Made by a program: the position numbers and the translations under genes
Assembly: GCA_963974265.1 (NCBI GenBank)
Contig: CAXBDR010000001.1
Span: 902 to 64,901, forward strand
Direction of reading: 5' to 3'
DNA from: an uncultured Rhodoferax sp.
GTDB taxonomy: Bacteria > Pseudomonadota > Gammaproteobacteria > Burkholderiales > Burkholderiaceae_C
Length of the DNA stretch: 64,000 nucleotides
Shown here: positions 19,610-30,010 of the stretch, one piece after another
Layout of the letters: each line of letters begins with the position of its first letter
Numbering within the stretch: position 1 is the first letter of the stretch
The notes under the pieces: generated by a model
Database searches by the model: none
Told to the model about the DNA's origin: nothing
The model's input: only the letters and a program-made list of their open reading frames with translations

Positions 19610-20212
19610 GTAGTCGATCGTGCTTACACGCCTTGATGTCGTCGATCGATGCAACATGAGCGGATGGGCATCTTGATCAGCCCAATCGGCCTGCAACGCG
19701 CACGGATTTCGGCGCGGATGCCAAAGGCCAATGGCGTCTGCGTCACACAGAACGATGGAGCCCACCCGCTGCAATTCATCTTCGACCGTTACCGCGAAGG
19801 ATTCCTGTCTATCAGTTGGGCGAACGACAAACAGCGTCGACGCTGAGGTGCCCACGGGCTCAACGCAAGCACACAGATGCAAGTGACCACCCAGGGCTGC
19901 ATCGACAGAATGATCGAGAGTTTGGCCCCAACGGGACAGTCCCGCTCTGCCGGGTTTCCCAACGGAACGGAGCAAGTTGTTCGAAGCGCTGACTGACTCA
20001 CCGCAGGTTCTGCGCCGAAAGCGCTGCACTTCAAGTACGCAATCGATGGCCGGCCCGCACGGTGCCTCCGATTGCATTCGAATATCCGCCGTTGCAGTGG
20101 GTTGACCTTGAAGTCACTTCAAGGACTTCAATCATGCCAAAGGGCAGCACACCCAACTGCGCCGCCCGTCGAGAGAAAGGCGCAGTCACTCACTCAGCCG
20201 AAAGACCCAGCA

Positions 20213-20656
20213 ATGACCATCAGGAAGTTCGCCCAAGACACGTCAGATCCGTCCACGATGACAGCCGCCGACCGGCGGCACGTCGTGTCATGGCTGTTGA
20301 GCCACATCGACGCGACGGCCGGCAACCCGGAGCCAAACCGGCGTTATCTGCAAGCCGCGCACATTGCCGGCCAGACGCTGTTCGCCGCGCATGCGACGGT
20401 GCACCTGCACATGTTGCGCCAGGCCTGGCGCGATCCGCGATCCGCGATCCGCGATCCGCGAGAAGTATCGGGGCAATTGCTGCGGCTGGCGCTGATTCCG
20501 CTGGGCCATGCGACGGGCCGGCTGCAGATCGGAAACAGCGGCCGCAGCGATGTCCGTGCGTTCAGCGCGATGGCCTTGCGACCGGAGATCGCCACGTTGT
20601 TGTCGCAGCCCACACGTCACGTGTTGCCGGCAAGCCGGCAGCATCGGACGCCGTGA
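20213..20656 (+). CDS. DUF3703-like protein containing a 7-bp tandem repeat
   Basis: LQAAHIAGQ..HATVHLHML..REVSGQLLRL..GRLQIGNSG..AF..M pattern matches DUF3703 as recalled. Confidence 0.7.
   Translation: MTIRKFAQDTSDPSTMTAADRRHVVSWLLSHIDATAGNPEPNRRYLQAAHIAGQTLFAAHATVHLHMLRQAWRDPRSAIRDPREVSGQLLRLALIPLGHATGRLQIGNSGRSDVRAFSAMALRPEIATLLSQPTRHVLPASRQHRTP
20430..20461. repeat. (GCGATCC)x4 plus partial GCGA heptamer tandem repeat inside the CDS
   Basis: Read directly from the sequence. Confidence 0.92.
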
Positions 20657-20668
20657 CGCGCCACAGGT

Positions 20669-21217
20669 TCAGACCGGCGCCGTATGTTCGCCGCGCGCCG
20701 GATAGTCCTTGGCAACGGCGAAATCCACCGCCGCCAGCAGATCCTGGAATTGCGGGCGCGCAAACGGCATGGTCTGCACCGCCCCGTAATACAAAGTGCC
20801 GTCGGGCCGCACCAGGAACACGCCCGGCTCGCTGAACAACTCCGGCTCCTCGATGCCGATCGAGGTCTTGCCACGCCCGGCGCTGATGTACAGGCCCCAC
20901 TGGCGCGCGCTGCGCAGGCCCAGGCCATACGCAAACTGCACCCCCTTGGCGCTGACCTTGTCCGCCATCTGACGGGCCCGCTCCTCGCCGTCGCCGCTGA
21001 TCGCCACCAGCTGCACGCCACGTTTGCCGAACTCCTCGGACAGGCGCTCGAGTTCGATCAGGTACTTGGCGCAGATCGGGCAATGCAGACCGCGGTAGAA
21101 CACCAGCAGGTCGAAGGTCTTGCCCGGTGCCGCGCCGAGCACGAACCGTCCTTCGGTGGTCAGTGGCAGGTTCAGCGCCGGTACGGGATGGCGGGGCAAC
21201 AGGGAGGCATGATGCAT
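20669..21217 (-). CDS. Peroxiredoxin-like AhpC/TSA (redoxin) protein
   Basis: FYRGLHCPIC, FSEPGVFLVRPDGTLY, MPFARP. Confidence 0.88.
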   Translation of the reverse strand: MHHASLLPRHPVPALNLPLTTEGRFVLGAAPGKTFDLLVFYRGLHCPICAKYLIELERLSEEFGKRGVQLVAISGDGEERARQMADKVSAKGVQFAYGLGLRSARQWGLYISAGRGKTSIGIEEPELFSEPGVFLVRPDGTLYYGAVQTMPFARPQFQDLLAAVDFAVAKDYPARGEHTAPV

Positions 21218-21339
21218 GTCGGATCTTTCGGTTCGGTGGCGCCGTCCATGCGCGGCGCCCGGCGTCGATTGTGCGAGCCATGCCCGGTGGCTGCCCGGCC
21301 GAAACGGCTTGCCCCTGCCATGGACAAGGCCGACGACCG

Positions 21340-22809
21340 TCATTGCCGCGAGATACCGGGCACCGGCGCCGGATCGCGTACCACCGTGGCGCCGCGCGCA
21401 CGCATCCATCCCGTCGCCGCGATCAGCAACGAGACCACGGCCAGCAACGCGGCCACCGTGAAGGTCAGGCGCATGCCCATGGTGATCGCGCCGGCGCGTG
21501 CCAGCAGCGGCGTCGCCGTCGCCACGCCAAAGGCGTAGACAGCGCCCATCACGGAGGCGCCGGTGATCAACCCCAGGTTGCGCGACAGGTTGAGCAGTCC
21601 GGAGACCACGCCCCGCTGCGCGGCCCCGACCTGGCCCATGACGGCCGTGTTGTTGGCGGTCTGGAACGCCGCATAACCGGCCGTGATGGCCATCAGGGGG
21701 CCGACATAAGCGGCAACACCCAGTGCCTGCGGCGCCAGGACCATGACCACGGCCCCGAGAACCATGGCGGCGAGTCCGGCGACGGTCACGCGATGGGCAC
21801 CCAGGCGGTCCACCAGGCGCCCGGCCGGGACACCGGTCACGGCCGCGGCCAGCGGGCCGCAGGACATGACCAGCCCCAGGTGCACGGCATCGAGCGCCAG
21901 CGCGCCGGACAGGTAGAACGGCCCGACCACCATGGTCGCCATGACCACGGTCGTGACCAGCGCACTCATCGCAAAACCCGCGCGCAGCGCCGGATCACGG
22001 AGATGGGCCAAGGGCACCAGGGGCGTGGCGACCCGGGCCTGCGCACGCACGAACCACCAGCCGCCCCCTGCGGCCGCCAGCAGCAGCGCCAGGTTGAGCG
22101 GACCGAAGCGGCCCGAGCCCGCCGTCATTGCCAAGGCATAGGCGGCCAGTGTCGCCGCCAGCAGCACCGTGCCCACGGTGTCGAATCCGGCACCGCCGCG
22201 GCGCGCACCGACCCGGTCCGCCGGCAGGAAACGCCGCGCCAGCAACCAGGCCAGCAGGCCCAGCGGCAGGTTGACGACAAACATCGCCGGCCAGCCCCAG
22301 CCGGCAATCAACATGCCGCCCAGCGACGGGCCCATGGCCGTGCCGACGGCGGACATCGTGCCGAGCAAACCCATGGCGCTGCCGGTGCGGTCCTTGGGCA
22401 CGGCATCACCGACAAAGGCCATGGTCAGCGCCATCATCACGGCCGCGCCCACACCTTGCAGCGCACGCGCCGCAATCAGCCATGCCAGCGAGGGCGCGAG
22501 CGCGCACAGCAGCGACGCCACCGAAAACACGCCAATGCCGCCGAGCAGCAGGCGGCGCCGGCCGAACAGGTCGCCCAGGCGCCCCACGCTGACGATGACC
22601 GTGGTGATGGCCAGCAGATAGGCCAGCACCACCCACTGCACCTGCGCGAACGGCGCGCCGAACACCTGGGCCAGCGTCGGCAGGCCGACGTTGGCGATGC
22701 TGGTGCCCAGCGCCGACAGCAACATGGACAAGGACAGGCTGGCGATGGCCCAGCGGGCCTGGATGGGCATGGCGGTGGGCGCTTGTGCGCCGGCAACCGG
22801 GGATTGCAT
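21340..22809 (-). CDS. MFS drug/metabolite transporter (DHA2-like); start uncertain
   Basis: TSIANVGLP, GRLGDLFGRRR motif A, RALQGVG, many TM helices. Confidence 0.9.
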   Translation of the reverse strand: MQSPVAGAQAPTAMPIQARWAIASLSLSMLLSALGTSIANVGLPTLAQVFGAPFAQVQWVVLAYLLAITTVIVSVGRLGDLFGRRRLLLGGIGVFSVASLLCALAPSLAWLIAARALQGVGAAVMMALTMAFVGDAVPKDRTGSAMGLLGTMSAVGTAMGPSLGGMLIAGWGWPAMFVVNLPLGLLAWLLARRFLPADRVGARRGGAGFDTVGTVLLAATLAAYALAMTAGSGRFGPLNLALLLAAAGGGWWFVRAQARVATPLVPLAHLRDPALRAGFAMSALVTTVVMATMVVGPFYLSGALALDAVHLGLVMSCGPLAAAVTGVPAGRLVDRLGAHRVTVAGLAAMVLGAVVMVLAPQALGVAAYVGPLMAITAGYAAFQTANNTAVMGQVGAAQRGVVSGLLNLSRNLGLITGASVMGAVYAFGVATATPLLARAGAITMGMRLTFTVAALLAVVSLLIAATGWMRARGATVVRDPAPVPGISRQ

Positions 22810-22967
22810 GTTTTGCGATGGCACGATGTACTCCGTTGGCAAATGCTCCCGGGGTGGGAGCGTGGTCCAACGATAGGGGCTGCGGCGCTGTTGCGGAAGA
22901 CGCACGGACTGCACGTCATCCGTGCACGCGACGCCACATCGGACCCGCGCGGTGGTATGTTCCGCGC

Positions 22968-23870
22968 ATGGCACGGCCCGACCTCAACATGTTGTTCACG
23001 CTTGACGCCTTGCTGGCCGAAGGCAGCGTCGCGGGTGCGGCACGCCGCCTGCGCCTGAGCCCCTCGGCCATGAGCCGCGCGCTGGCACGCCTGCGCGACG
23101 CCACCGGCGACCCTTTGCTGGTGCGCGCCGGACGCGCCATGGTCGCCACGCCACGCGCGCTGGAACTGCGCGAGCGGGTCCGGCTGCTGGTGCAGGACGG
23201 CGAAGCGGCGCTGCGCCCGGCCGAACGACCCCGACTCGATCAACTGGTCCGTACGTTCACGATCCGCGCCAGCGAGGGTTTCGTCGAGAACTTCGGTCCC
23301 GCGCTGCTTGCGCGTGTCGGCTCGCAGGCGCCGGGCGTGCAGCTGCGTTTCGTGCAGAAGATCGACAAGGACAGCACGCCGCTGCGCGAAGGCCTGGTGG
23401 ACATGGAGACCGGCGTGATCGGCGAGGGCATGGGGCCCGAGCTGCGGGTGCAGGCGCTGTTCCGGGACCGCTTCATCGGCGCCGTGCGGCAGGAAAACGC
23501 CTTGGCCCGCGGCCCGATCAGCGCCGCGCGTTATGCTGGCGGACGGCACGTGCTGGTTTCGCGCCGCAACCGCGACACCGGCCCGGTCGACGAGGCCCTG
23601 GCGCCGCTGGGCCTGCAGCGGGCCATCGTCGCCATCGTCGGCGGATTCGCCGCCGCGCTGGCGCTGGCCCGCGCCAGCGACCTCGTCGCCACCGTGCCGG
23701 AACGCCACACCAGCACCATGCGCGCGGGCATGTTCTGCTTCGCGTTGCCATTCGCGGTGCCTGCGATTCCGATCTCGCTGATGTGGCACCCGCGCCTGCA
23801 GGCCGACCCGGCGCACCAGTGGCTGCGCGAGGCCATGCGCGCGGTGTGCGCGCAGGCGGACCAGCCCTAG
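22968..23870 (+). CDS. LysR family transcriptional regulator
   Basis: DLNMLFTLDALLAEGSVAGAARRL..SAMSRAL; WHPR..DPAHQWLR. Confidence 0.93.
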   Translation: MARPDLNMLFTLDALLAEGSVAGAARRLRLSPSAMSRALARLRDATGDPLLVRAGRAMVATPRALELRERVRLLVQDGEAALRPAERPRLDQLVRTFTIRASEGFVENFGPALLARVGSQAPGVQLRFVQKIDKDSTPLREGLVDMETGVIGEGMGPELRVQALFRDRFIGAVRQENALARGPISAARYAGGRHVLVSRRNRDTGPVDEALAPLGLQRAIVAIVGGFAAALALARASDLVATVPERHTSTMRAGMFCFALPFAVPAIPISLMWHPRLQADPAHQWLREAMRAVCAQADQP

Positions 23871-25114
23871 CGGTTTGGACCCGTCCTGCGCCGGCGCACG
23901 AGCGACGCCATCAAGCCCAGGCCAGCCAGCAGCAGCGCCCATTGGCCGGGTTCCGGCACCGGAGTGATCGCGCCAGGTCCGCCCGTGGCCGCCTCGGGCG
24001 ACAGGCTGCCGGCGCCGAACCCGGCGAACGCGGGCGCCAGCTGGGCCGTCATCGGCGTACCCTTGGTCAGGTCGTAACCGAAGCTGCTGGCTTCACCACG
24101 GGTACCGTCGGGATTGACCCCCCACACCGTCTGGGAGAACTTGCCGAACGACAGGGATTCGCTGTACGCCACCGGGCCGCCGCCACCGGTGCTGATCGAC
24201 AGGCCGCTCAGGTAGACGTCCTGCAGATACATCTGCATGAAGGTGACCGGCCCGGCCGCGCCGGCCATGACGTATTCAAGCGTCACGTCAGGGATGACCC
24301 TGCCCTGAGCCAGGACGGAGAAGATGACCGGCAAGGCTGCGCCAGCCATGCCGGTCACGGTCAGCTCGCTGAAACTCGGTGCGCTGGCCTCGGTCCTGCT
24401 CCCGGTGACGCTGATGCCGCGGCCGGCACCCGCCTGGGCCGAATCGAGTGCGAACCAGTTCTCGTAGCCGACGGCCGTCGCGCCGCCGGCGATGACCGAC
24501 GGGCCGCTGCCCAGCCGCATGTAGATGCCGGACGCCGACGTGGACCCGCTGCCGCCGACCGCATGCGAAGGCGCCAGGCTGGTCGGTCCCGACACGGTGT
24601 TCTTGGACCGGTCCAGCGTCGTGGATATCGCGTTGCCAGTACCGCCATGGCCCTTGGGATCCCAGGTCATCGTGATGGTCTCGTAGGCCAGCGAGCCCGA
24701 CACGGAGTCGTTGGCGAAACTCAGCCCGTCGACGGCCGAACCGGTGGTCGACAGCGACAGGAAGGGCGCACTCCTTGGTGACGATGGCAAGACGACATCG
24801 AACTGCGCCGAACCGCCGGGGGCGGCGAGCAAGCGCTGCAACAACTGCGGATAGGTGGTGTCCAGGGACTGCGTCCACGCAATGCTGCTGGCCGAAGGAT
24901 TGCTGGCGACGCGTCCGCCGGTGTTTCTGCTGATGCCGACACCCACGCCCCACTGCAGGCTGTTGATGTCGAGCCAGCCCTTGTGGGTTTCGTCGGTCGA
25001 CAGGCCCTTGACCGGCGGCAGGTTCAGGAACAGGCCGGAATCGGCTGCGGCGGGCAGCGCCAGCAACGCCGAAACGAGGACAAACATCACAGGAACGGTG
25101 CGCGAATTCGACAT
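23867..25114 (-). CDS. Secreted protein: signal peptide + two Hcp (T6SS/phage tube)-like domains + PEP-CTERM sorting signal
   Basis: LLALPAAA|D signal; FLNLPPVKGLSTDETHKGWLDINSLQWGV and PSFSELTV..LQDVYLSGLS..ESLSFGKF..GYDLTKG resemble Hcp; C-terminus VPEPGQWALLLAGLGLMASLVRRRR; GGAG RBS. Confidence 0.82.
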   Translation of the reverse strand: MSNSRTVPVMFVLVSALLALPAAADSGLFLNLPPVKGLSTDETHKGWLDINSLQWGVGVGISRNTGGRVASNPSASSIAWTQSLDTTYPQLLQRLLAAPGGSAQFDVVLPSSPRSAPFLSLSTTGSAVDGLSFANDSVSGSLAYETITMTWDPKGHGGTGNAISTTLDRSKNTVSGPTSLAPSHAVGGSGSTSASGIYMRLGSGPSVIAGGATAVGYENWFALDSAQAGAGRGISVTGSRTEASAPSFSELTVTGMAGAALPVIFSVLAQGRVIPDVTLEYVMAGAAGPVTFMQMYLQDVYLSGLSISTGGGGPVAYSESLSFGKFSQTVWGVNPDGTRGEASSFGYDLTKGTPMTAQLAPAFAGFGAGSLSPEAATGGPGAITPVPEPGQWALLLAGLGLMASLVRRRRTGPNR

Positions 25115-25339
25115 ACAGGACTCCAGGTGGGACACGACGATGGCTGCGTCGCACGATGTAAAAGCCAACGCAGGCAGCAGCCGGCGCCGATTGGCGCACT
25201 GGCCCTCGCGGGCCACGCGCAAGCCGCCGGGTTTCAAGCGGCAAGGTCTTGCATTCGAGCTACGCCGCCAAGTATGGGCGGACCATGCCGGATGCCAGCC
25301 CCCCTGTCTGAGGGGTAGGCAAACCAGGCAATCCGTCAA

Positions 25340-26122
25340 TCACGCGCCGCGCCAGCGCGGCGGTCGCTTCTGCGCGAACGCCAGCGGGCCTTCCCGGGCA
25401 TCGTCGGACACCAGCATCGCCGCATAGGCCGGCAGACCGCCGGCGCGCAGGGTGTGGAAGGCCTGGGCCACGGTCTCGGTTTCCGTGGCCCGCAGCACCT
25501 GCTTGAGCGCGGCAATCGGCAGCGGCGCGGCCGCGACGATCTGTGCCGCCAGCGCCAGCGCCGCGGCCATCAGGTCGGCGGGCGGCACGACCCGATTGAC
25601 CAGTCCCCATTGCGCGGCTTCGGCCGCGCCCATGCGCCGGCCAGTCATCAGCAGCTCGTTGGCGATAGCCCGCGGCAGGCGGCGCGGCAGCCGCACCACG
25701 CCGCCCGAGTCGGCCAGCATGCCCAACTTGACCTCGGGCAACGCGAACTCGGCGCTGTCGGCGGCAACGATCAGGTCGGCGGCCAGTGCCAGCTCGAAGC
25801 CGCCACCCATGGCCAGCCCATTGACCGCGGCAATCACGGGCTTGTCCAGATCGAAGAACTCGGTCAGCCCGGCAAAACCGCCCGGGCTGTGCGCCACATC
25901 GATCGCCTCGCCGGCTGCGGCGGCATGCAGATCCCAGCCAGCCGAAAAAAAGCGCCCGGTTCCGGTGACGATGGCCACCCGCAGGGAGGGATCATCCTGC
26001 AGGCGCCTGAATGCCGCGTACAGCAGGCCGCTGGTCGCGACGTCGATCGCATTCGCCTTGGGCCGGTCCAGCGTGACCGTCATCACGCCGTCCGCCACCG
26101 CGGTACGTACCACATCACTCAC
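25340..26122 (-). CDS. caiD: Carnitinyl-CoA dehydratase / crotonobetainyl-CoA hydratase (crotonase family)
   Basis: [42 protein letters not shown]; GTG start overlapping the upstream stop. Confidence 0.8.
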   Translation of the reverse strand: MSDVVRTAVADGVMTVTLDRPKANAIDVATSGLLYAAFRRLQDDPSLRVAIVTGTGRFFSAGWDLHAAAAGEAIDVAHSPGGFAGLTEFFDLDKPVIAAVNGLAMGGGFELALAADLIVAADSAEFALPEVKLGMLADSGGVVRLPRRLPRAIANELLMTGRRMGAAEAAQWGLVNRVVPPADLMAAALALAAQIVAAAPLPIAALKQVLRATETETVAQAFHTLRAGGLPAYAAMLVSDDAREGPLAFAQKRPPRWRGA

Positions 26123-28230
26123 GGACTTTCCTCCTCTTGCGGCGGTTGCACCAGGCGGATCATCGCATCGACCGCCACCACGCCACGGCCCTGAGGCAAT
26201 ACCAGCACCGGATTGACGTCGAGTTCCACCAGCCGCGCCGCATGCGTCTGCGCGTACGCGGCCACCGCCAGCGCCGCGTCGACCAGCGCCTCGATGTCCC
26301 CGGCGGGGCGGCCCCGGTAGCCGGTCACCAGCGTCCAGCTGCGCAGGGATTCGAAGGCGCGGCGGATGTCGTCGCGCGAGGCCGGCAGCAACAGCGTCGT
26401 GGCGTCCGCGAGCCAGTCGACCCACACCCCGCCGGCACCCAGCGTCAACGCCAGGCCGAATGGCGGGTCGCGCGTGACACCGACCAGGAACTCGGCCACC
26501 CCGCCCTCCACCATGTGTTCGAGCAGGAATCGGTCCGACAGGTGCCCCATTGCCGCCACCGCTTCCGACACCTGCTCCGCGCTGCGCAGGTTCAGCCGCA
26601 CCGCGCCGGCTTCGGTCTTGTGCGCCAGGGTGTCGGACACCGCCTTGGCCACCATCGGAAAGCCCAGTCGATCCGCGACGCCGGCCGCGTCCGCCGCCGA
26701 CACGACGGCCCCCCGCGGGATCGGCAAACCATGGGCGGCCAACGCCAGCTTGCCGGCTACCTCGTCGAGCATGCGCACGGCGCCGTCGCCCGGGCCGGCC
26801 ACCGACCGCACGCCCGGCCGCGGGCCCGGCAGGGGCAGGATGTCGGAGCGACGCGCCCACGTGGCGCCGATCGCCGCCGCATGGCCGATCGCGTCCAGGC
26901 ATTCGGCCAGCCCCTGCATCGGAGCGATGCCGCGCTCGAGCAGCTGGCGCGCAACGCCGTCGGGCAGACCTTCGGGCATCGACGCGACGACCGCGCAACG
27001 CGCTCCGCTGGCCGTGTGCGCCGCGACCCAGGCGTCGACCGTGGTCTGCCAGCTGCCCGACACGCAGCGGTCGGCGCGCGGAAAATCGAGCACCAGCAGG
27101 TGCAGGTCGAACCGGCAGTCCAGCAGCGCGCGAAAACACGCGGTCTGCGCCGCCAGGTCGCCCCAGATGTAGGTGTGGTAATCGAGCGGGTTGGCCACCG
27201 TGACCTTGTCGCCCAGCACTGCGTGCAGCGCCGCCTGCGCGCCCGGCGGGATCGCCGGCATGTCCAGGCCCCGCGGCTGCGCGAGGTCGGCCACCAGCGA
27301 GGCTTCGCCACCCGAACAACTCGCCGACACGATGCGCCGGCCCGGCAAGGCGCCGGTCACGTGCAGCAGCTTGAGCGTCTCCAGCAGGCGCGCCGGGTCG
27401 CGCACGCGCGCAATGCCCAGGCGGCGGAACAAGGCGTCGTACAACACATCCGGCCCGGCCAGCGAACCGGTATGGCTGACCGTGGTGCTGGCGCCGAGCG
27501 CCGAACTGCCGGCCTTGAGCGCGACCAGCGGCACGCCCCGCGCCAGCGCGCGCAGCGCGACCTGCGAGAACGCGGCCACGTCGTCCAGGCCCTCGATATG
27601 CAGGCCGATGGCGCTGACACGCTCGTCCTGCAGCAAGGCCTCGACGATGGCCTCGATGCCCACGCCGGCCTTGTTGCCGACCGTGACCATGTAGGCCAGC
27701 GGCAGGTTGCGCCGCTGCATCGTCAGGTTCAGCGCGATGTTGCCGCTCTGCGAGACGATGGCCACGCCGCGTCCGACCCGCTCGCCGCCATGCTGGTCCG
27801 GCCACAAGGCCACGCCGTCCAGGTAGTTCAGCATGCCGTAGCAGTTCGGGCCGACCAGCGCCATGCTGCCTGCCGCCGCGACCAGGCGCCGCTGCAGCGC
27901 GACACCGGCGCCGCCGACCTCGGCGAAACCCGAGGCATAACAGACGACGCCGCCGGCCCCACGCGCCGCCAGCTGCGCGACGATGTCGATCGTGGCTTCG
28001 CGCGGCACGGCGATGAAGCTGGCGTCGGGCGCCTCGGGCAATGACGCCACGTCGGCATGGCAGGCCAGGCCCTCGATCTCGGCATGGCGCGGATGCACTG
28101 GCCAGATCGCGCCGGAAAATCCCAGCGCCCGGCATTGGCGCACGGCCTCGGCCGCCGCGGCGCCGCCGAACACCGCGATGTGCCGCGGTGCGAACAGGCG
28201 GCGCAGTGCGTCGACCGATGGCGCGGTCAT
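26119..28230 (-). CDS. ADP-forming acyl-CoA synthetase (acetate-CoA ligase family, ATP-grasp), probable butyrobetaine-CoA ligase
   Basis: [37 protein letters not shown]; located in the carnitine operon. Confidence 0.85.
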   Translation of the reverse strand: MTAPSVDALRRLFAPRHIAVFGGAAAAEAVRQCRALGFSGAIWPVHPRHAEIEGLACHADVASLPEAPDASFIAVPREATIDIVAQLAARGAGGVVCYASGFAEVGGAGVALQRRLVAAAGSMALVGPNCYGMLNYLDGVALWPDQHGGERVGRGVAIVSQSGNIALNLTMQRRNLPLAYMVTVGNKAGVGIEAIVEALLQDERVSAIGLHIEGLDDVAAFSQVALRALARGVPLVALKAGSSALGASTTVSHTGSLAGPDVLYDALFRRLGIARVRDPARLLETLKLLHVTGALPGRRIVSASCSGGEASLVADLAQPRGLDMPAIPPGAQAALHAVLGDKVTVANPLDYHTYIWGDLAAQTACFRALLDCRFDLHLLVLDFPRADRCVSGSWQTTVDAWVAAHTASGARCAVVASMPEGLPDGVARQLLERGIAPMQGLAECLDAIGHAAAIGATWARRSDILPLPGPRPGVRSVAGPGDGAVRMLDEVAGKLALAAHGLPIPRGAVVSAADAAGVADRLGFPMVAKAVSDTLAHKTEAGAVRLNLRSAEQVSEAVAAMGHLSDRFLLEHMVEGGVAEFLVGVTRDPPFGLALTLGAGGVWVDWLADATTLLLPASRDDIRRAFESLRSWTLVTGYRGRPAGDIEALVDAALAVAAYAQTHAARLVELDVNPVLVLPQGRGVVAVDAMIRLVQPPQEEESP

Positions 28231-28237
28231 TGCGGGT

Positions 28238-29398
28238 TCAGGAGCCATGTTCCCGCAACATCGCGCGCGAGATGATGTGGCGCTGGATCTCGCTGGTGCC
28301 GTCCCAGATGCGTTCGACGCGTGCATCGCGCCAGAAACGCTCGATCGGAAGCGAAGCCATCAGCCCCATGCCGCCGAAGATCTGCAGCGCCTCGTCGGTG
28401 ATGTGGGCCAGCGCCTCGGACGCGAACAGCTTGGCCATCGCCGCGTCGGTATCGGTCATGCGGCCCTGGTCGCATTTCCAGGCCGCGCGCAACGTCAGCA
28501 GGTCGGCCGCCTCGAGTTCGGTCGCCATGTCGGCGAGCTTGAAACCGGTGCCCTGGAAACGCCCGATGGTCTGGCCGAACTGCTTGCGCGTGGCGGCCCA
28601 TTCGGTGGCCATGTCCAGCACCCGGTGGCTGCGACCGACACTGGTCGCGGCCACGGTGAGCCGGGTCGCGCCCAGCCATTCGCCCATCAGCTCGAAACCC
28701 TTGCCCTCCTCGCCCAGGCGCTTGCGCGCCGGCACCCGGCAGTCGGTGAAGAACAGTTCGCACTGGTGATAACCCCGGTTCGACACGCAGGCCGGCCCGC
28801 GCCGCACCTCCAGGCCCGGGCTGTCGAGGTCGACCAGGAAACCGGTGATCTTCTTCTTCGGCCCGGCCCGGGTCTGTTCGACGTCGGTGGCGGCGAACAA
28901 CACGACGAAGTCGGACATGTCGGCGTGGCTGATGAAGTGTTTCGTGCCGTTGATGACGTAGTCGTCGCCGTCACGCACCGCCCGCGTCAGCATGCCGCGC
29001 ACGTCGGAGCCGGCCTGCGGCTCGGTCATCGCCAGGCAGTCGTGGCGCTCGCCGCGGATGGTGGGCAGCAGATATTCCTCGACCTGCTCGCCGGTGCAGC
29101 CGCGCAGGATGTTGCTCGGGCGCGCGACCAGCATCTGCAGCGCATACGAGGCGCGGCCGAGTTCGCGCTCCATCAGCGTGATACCCAGGTTGTCGAGCCC
29201 GCCGCCGCCGAGGGCCTCCGGCATGTTGGCGGAATACAGGCCGACTTCGATCGCCTTGGCCTGGATCTCGCGCTGCAACTCCGGCGGCACCTGGTCGAGC
29301 CGCTCGACCAGGTCTTCATGCGGGTACAACTCGGTCTCGACGAACTGGCGCACGGTGTCGACCAGCATCGTCTGTTCGGTATTCAGTTCAAAGTCCAT
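28238..29398 (-). CDS. Acyl-CoA dehydrogenase (probable gamma-butyrobetainyl-CoA dehydrogenase)
   Basis: AMTEPQAGSD, NGTKHFIS, RKQFG, QIFGGMG, IWDGTSEIQR. Confidence 0.9.
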   Translation of the reverse strand: MDFELNTEQTMLVDTVRQFVETELYPHEDLVERLDQVPPELQREIQAKAIEVGLYSANMPEALGGGGLDNLGITLMERELGRASYALQMLVARPSNILRGCTGEQVEEYLLPTIRGERHDCLAMTEPQAGSDVRGMLTRAVRDGDDYVINGTKHFISHADMSDFVVLFAATDVEQTRAGPKKKITGFLVDLDSPGLEVRRGPACVSNRGYHQCELFFTDCRVPARKRLGEEGKGFELMGEWLGATRLTVAATSVGRSHRVLDMATEWAATRKQFGQTIGRFQGTGFKLADMATELEAADLLTLRAAWKCDQGRMTDTDAAMAKLFASEALAHITDEALQIFGGMGLMASLPIERFWRDARVERIWDGTSEIQRHIISRAMLREHGS

Positions 29399-29431
29399 CG
29401 GGTCCCCGTCTGCGATTGGAAATGGCGTTGC

Positions 29432-29995
29432 TCAAACCGGCTTGCGCCGGATGCCAATCGGCTGGCCGGCCTGCTCCGGCCTCGGCAAACCCGCATGGGC
29501 GGCGCGGATCGCCTGCACCTTGGTTTGCATCTCCGCCGGCATGGCCACCGAGCGACCGGCCGCCATGTCCACATGCACCAGCATCTGCTCGCCGGTGGCC
29601 AGCAGCTCGCCGCTGGTGCCGTGGAACATCGCGTGGAAGATATGCAGGCGCTTTTCGTCGGCGTCGAGCAGCTGCAGCGTGAGCCGGATCGGCTCGCCTT
29701 CGGACACCTCGCGCAGGTTGTGCAGCTGGGTCTGCACCGTATACAAGGAGTGGCCGGCGGCGCGGTAGGCCTCGTCGATGCCGATGAAGCGGAAAAACGC
29801 GTCGGAGTTGTCGCCGAACACCAGCAGGTAACACGACTCGCTCATGTGGCCGTTGTAGTCGACCCACTGCGGTGCGACCGTGGTCGTGAGCAGGCACAGC
29901 GGCGCCGCGATGGTCGCGTCGGGGTCCCAGGCGTGGTGGCCCGTACCTTCGAGCGGCGTGGTCAGGCCGTGGGTGGATGGCTTCATGGACTCCAT
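29432..29995 (-). CDS. Hot-dog thioesterase, CdhB-like (second copy)
   Basis: [28 protein letters not shown]. Confidence 0.85.
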   Translation of the reverse strand: MESMKPSTHGLTTPLEGTGHHAWDPDATIAAPLCLLTTTVAPQWVDYNGHMSESCYLLVFGDNSDAFFRFIGIDEAYRAAGHSLYTVQTQLHNLREVSEGEPIRLTLQLLDADEKRLHIFHAMFHGTSGELLATGEQMLVHVDMAAGRSVAMPAEMQTKVQAIRAAHAGLPRPEQAGQPIGIRRKPV

Positions 29996-30010
29996 GGTGC
30001 GACCTTCGCG

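Noticed and set aside
23867-25114. Type VI secretion locus
   Set aside because: No tssB/C, vgrG, clpV or baseplate genes; the signal peptide and PEP-CTERM tail are incompatible with canonical Hcp
25115-25339. Sigma-54 promoter for the PEP-CTERM gene
   Set aside because: No correctly spaced GG-N10-GC consensus found by eye on the minus strand
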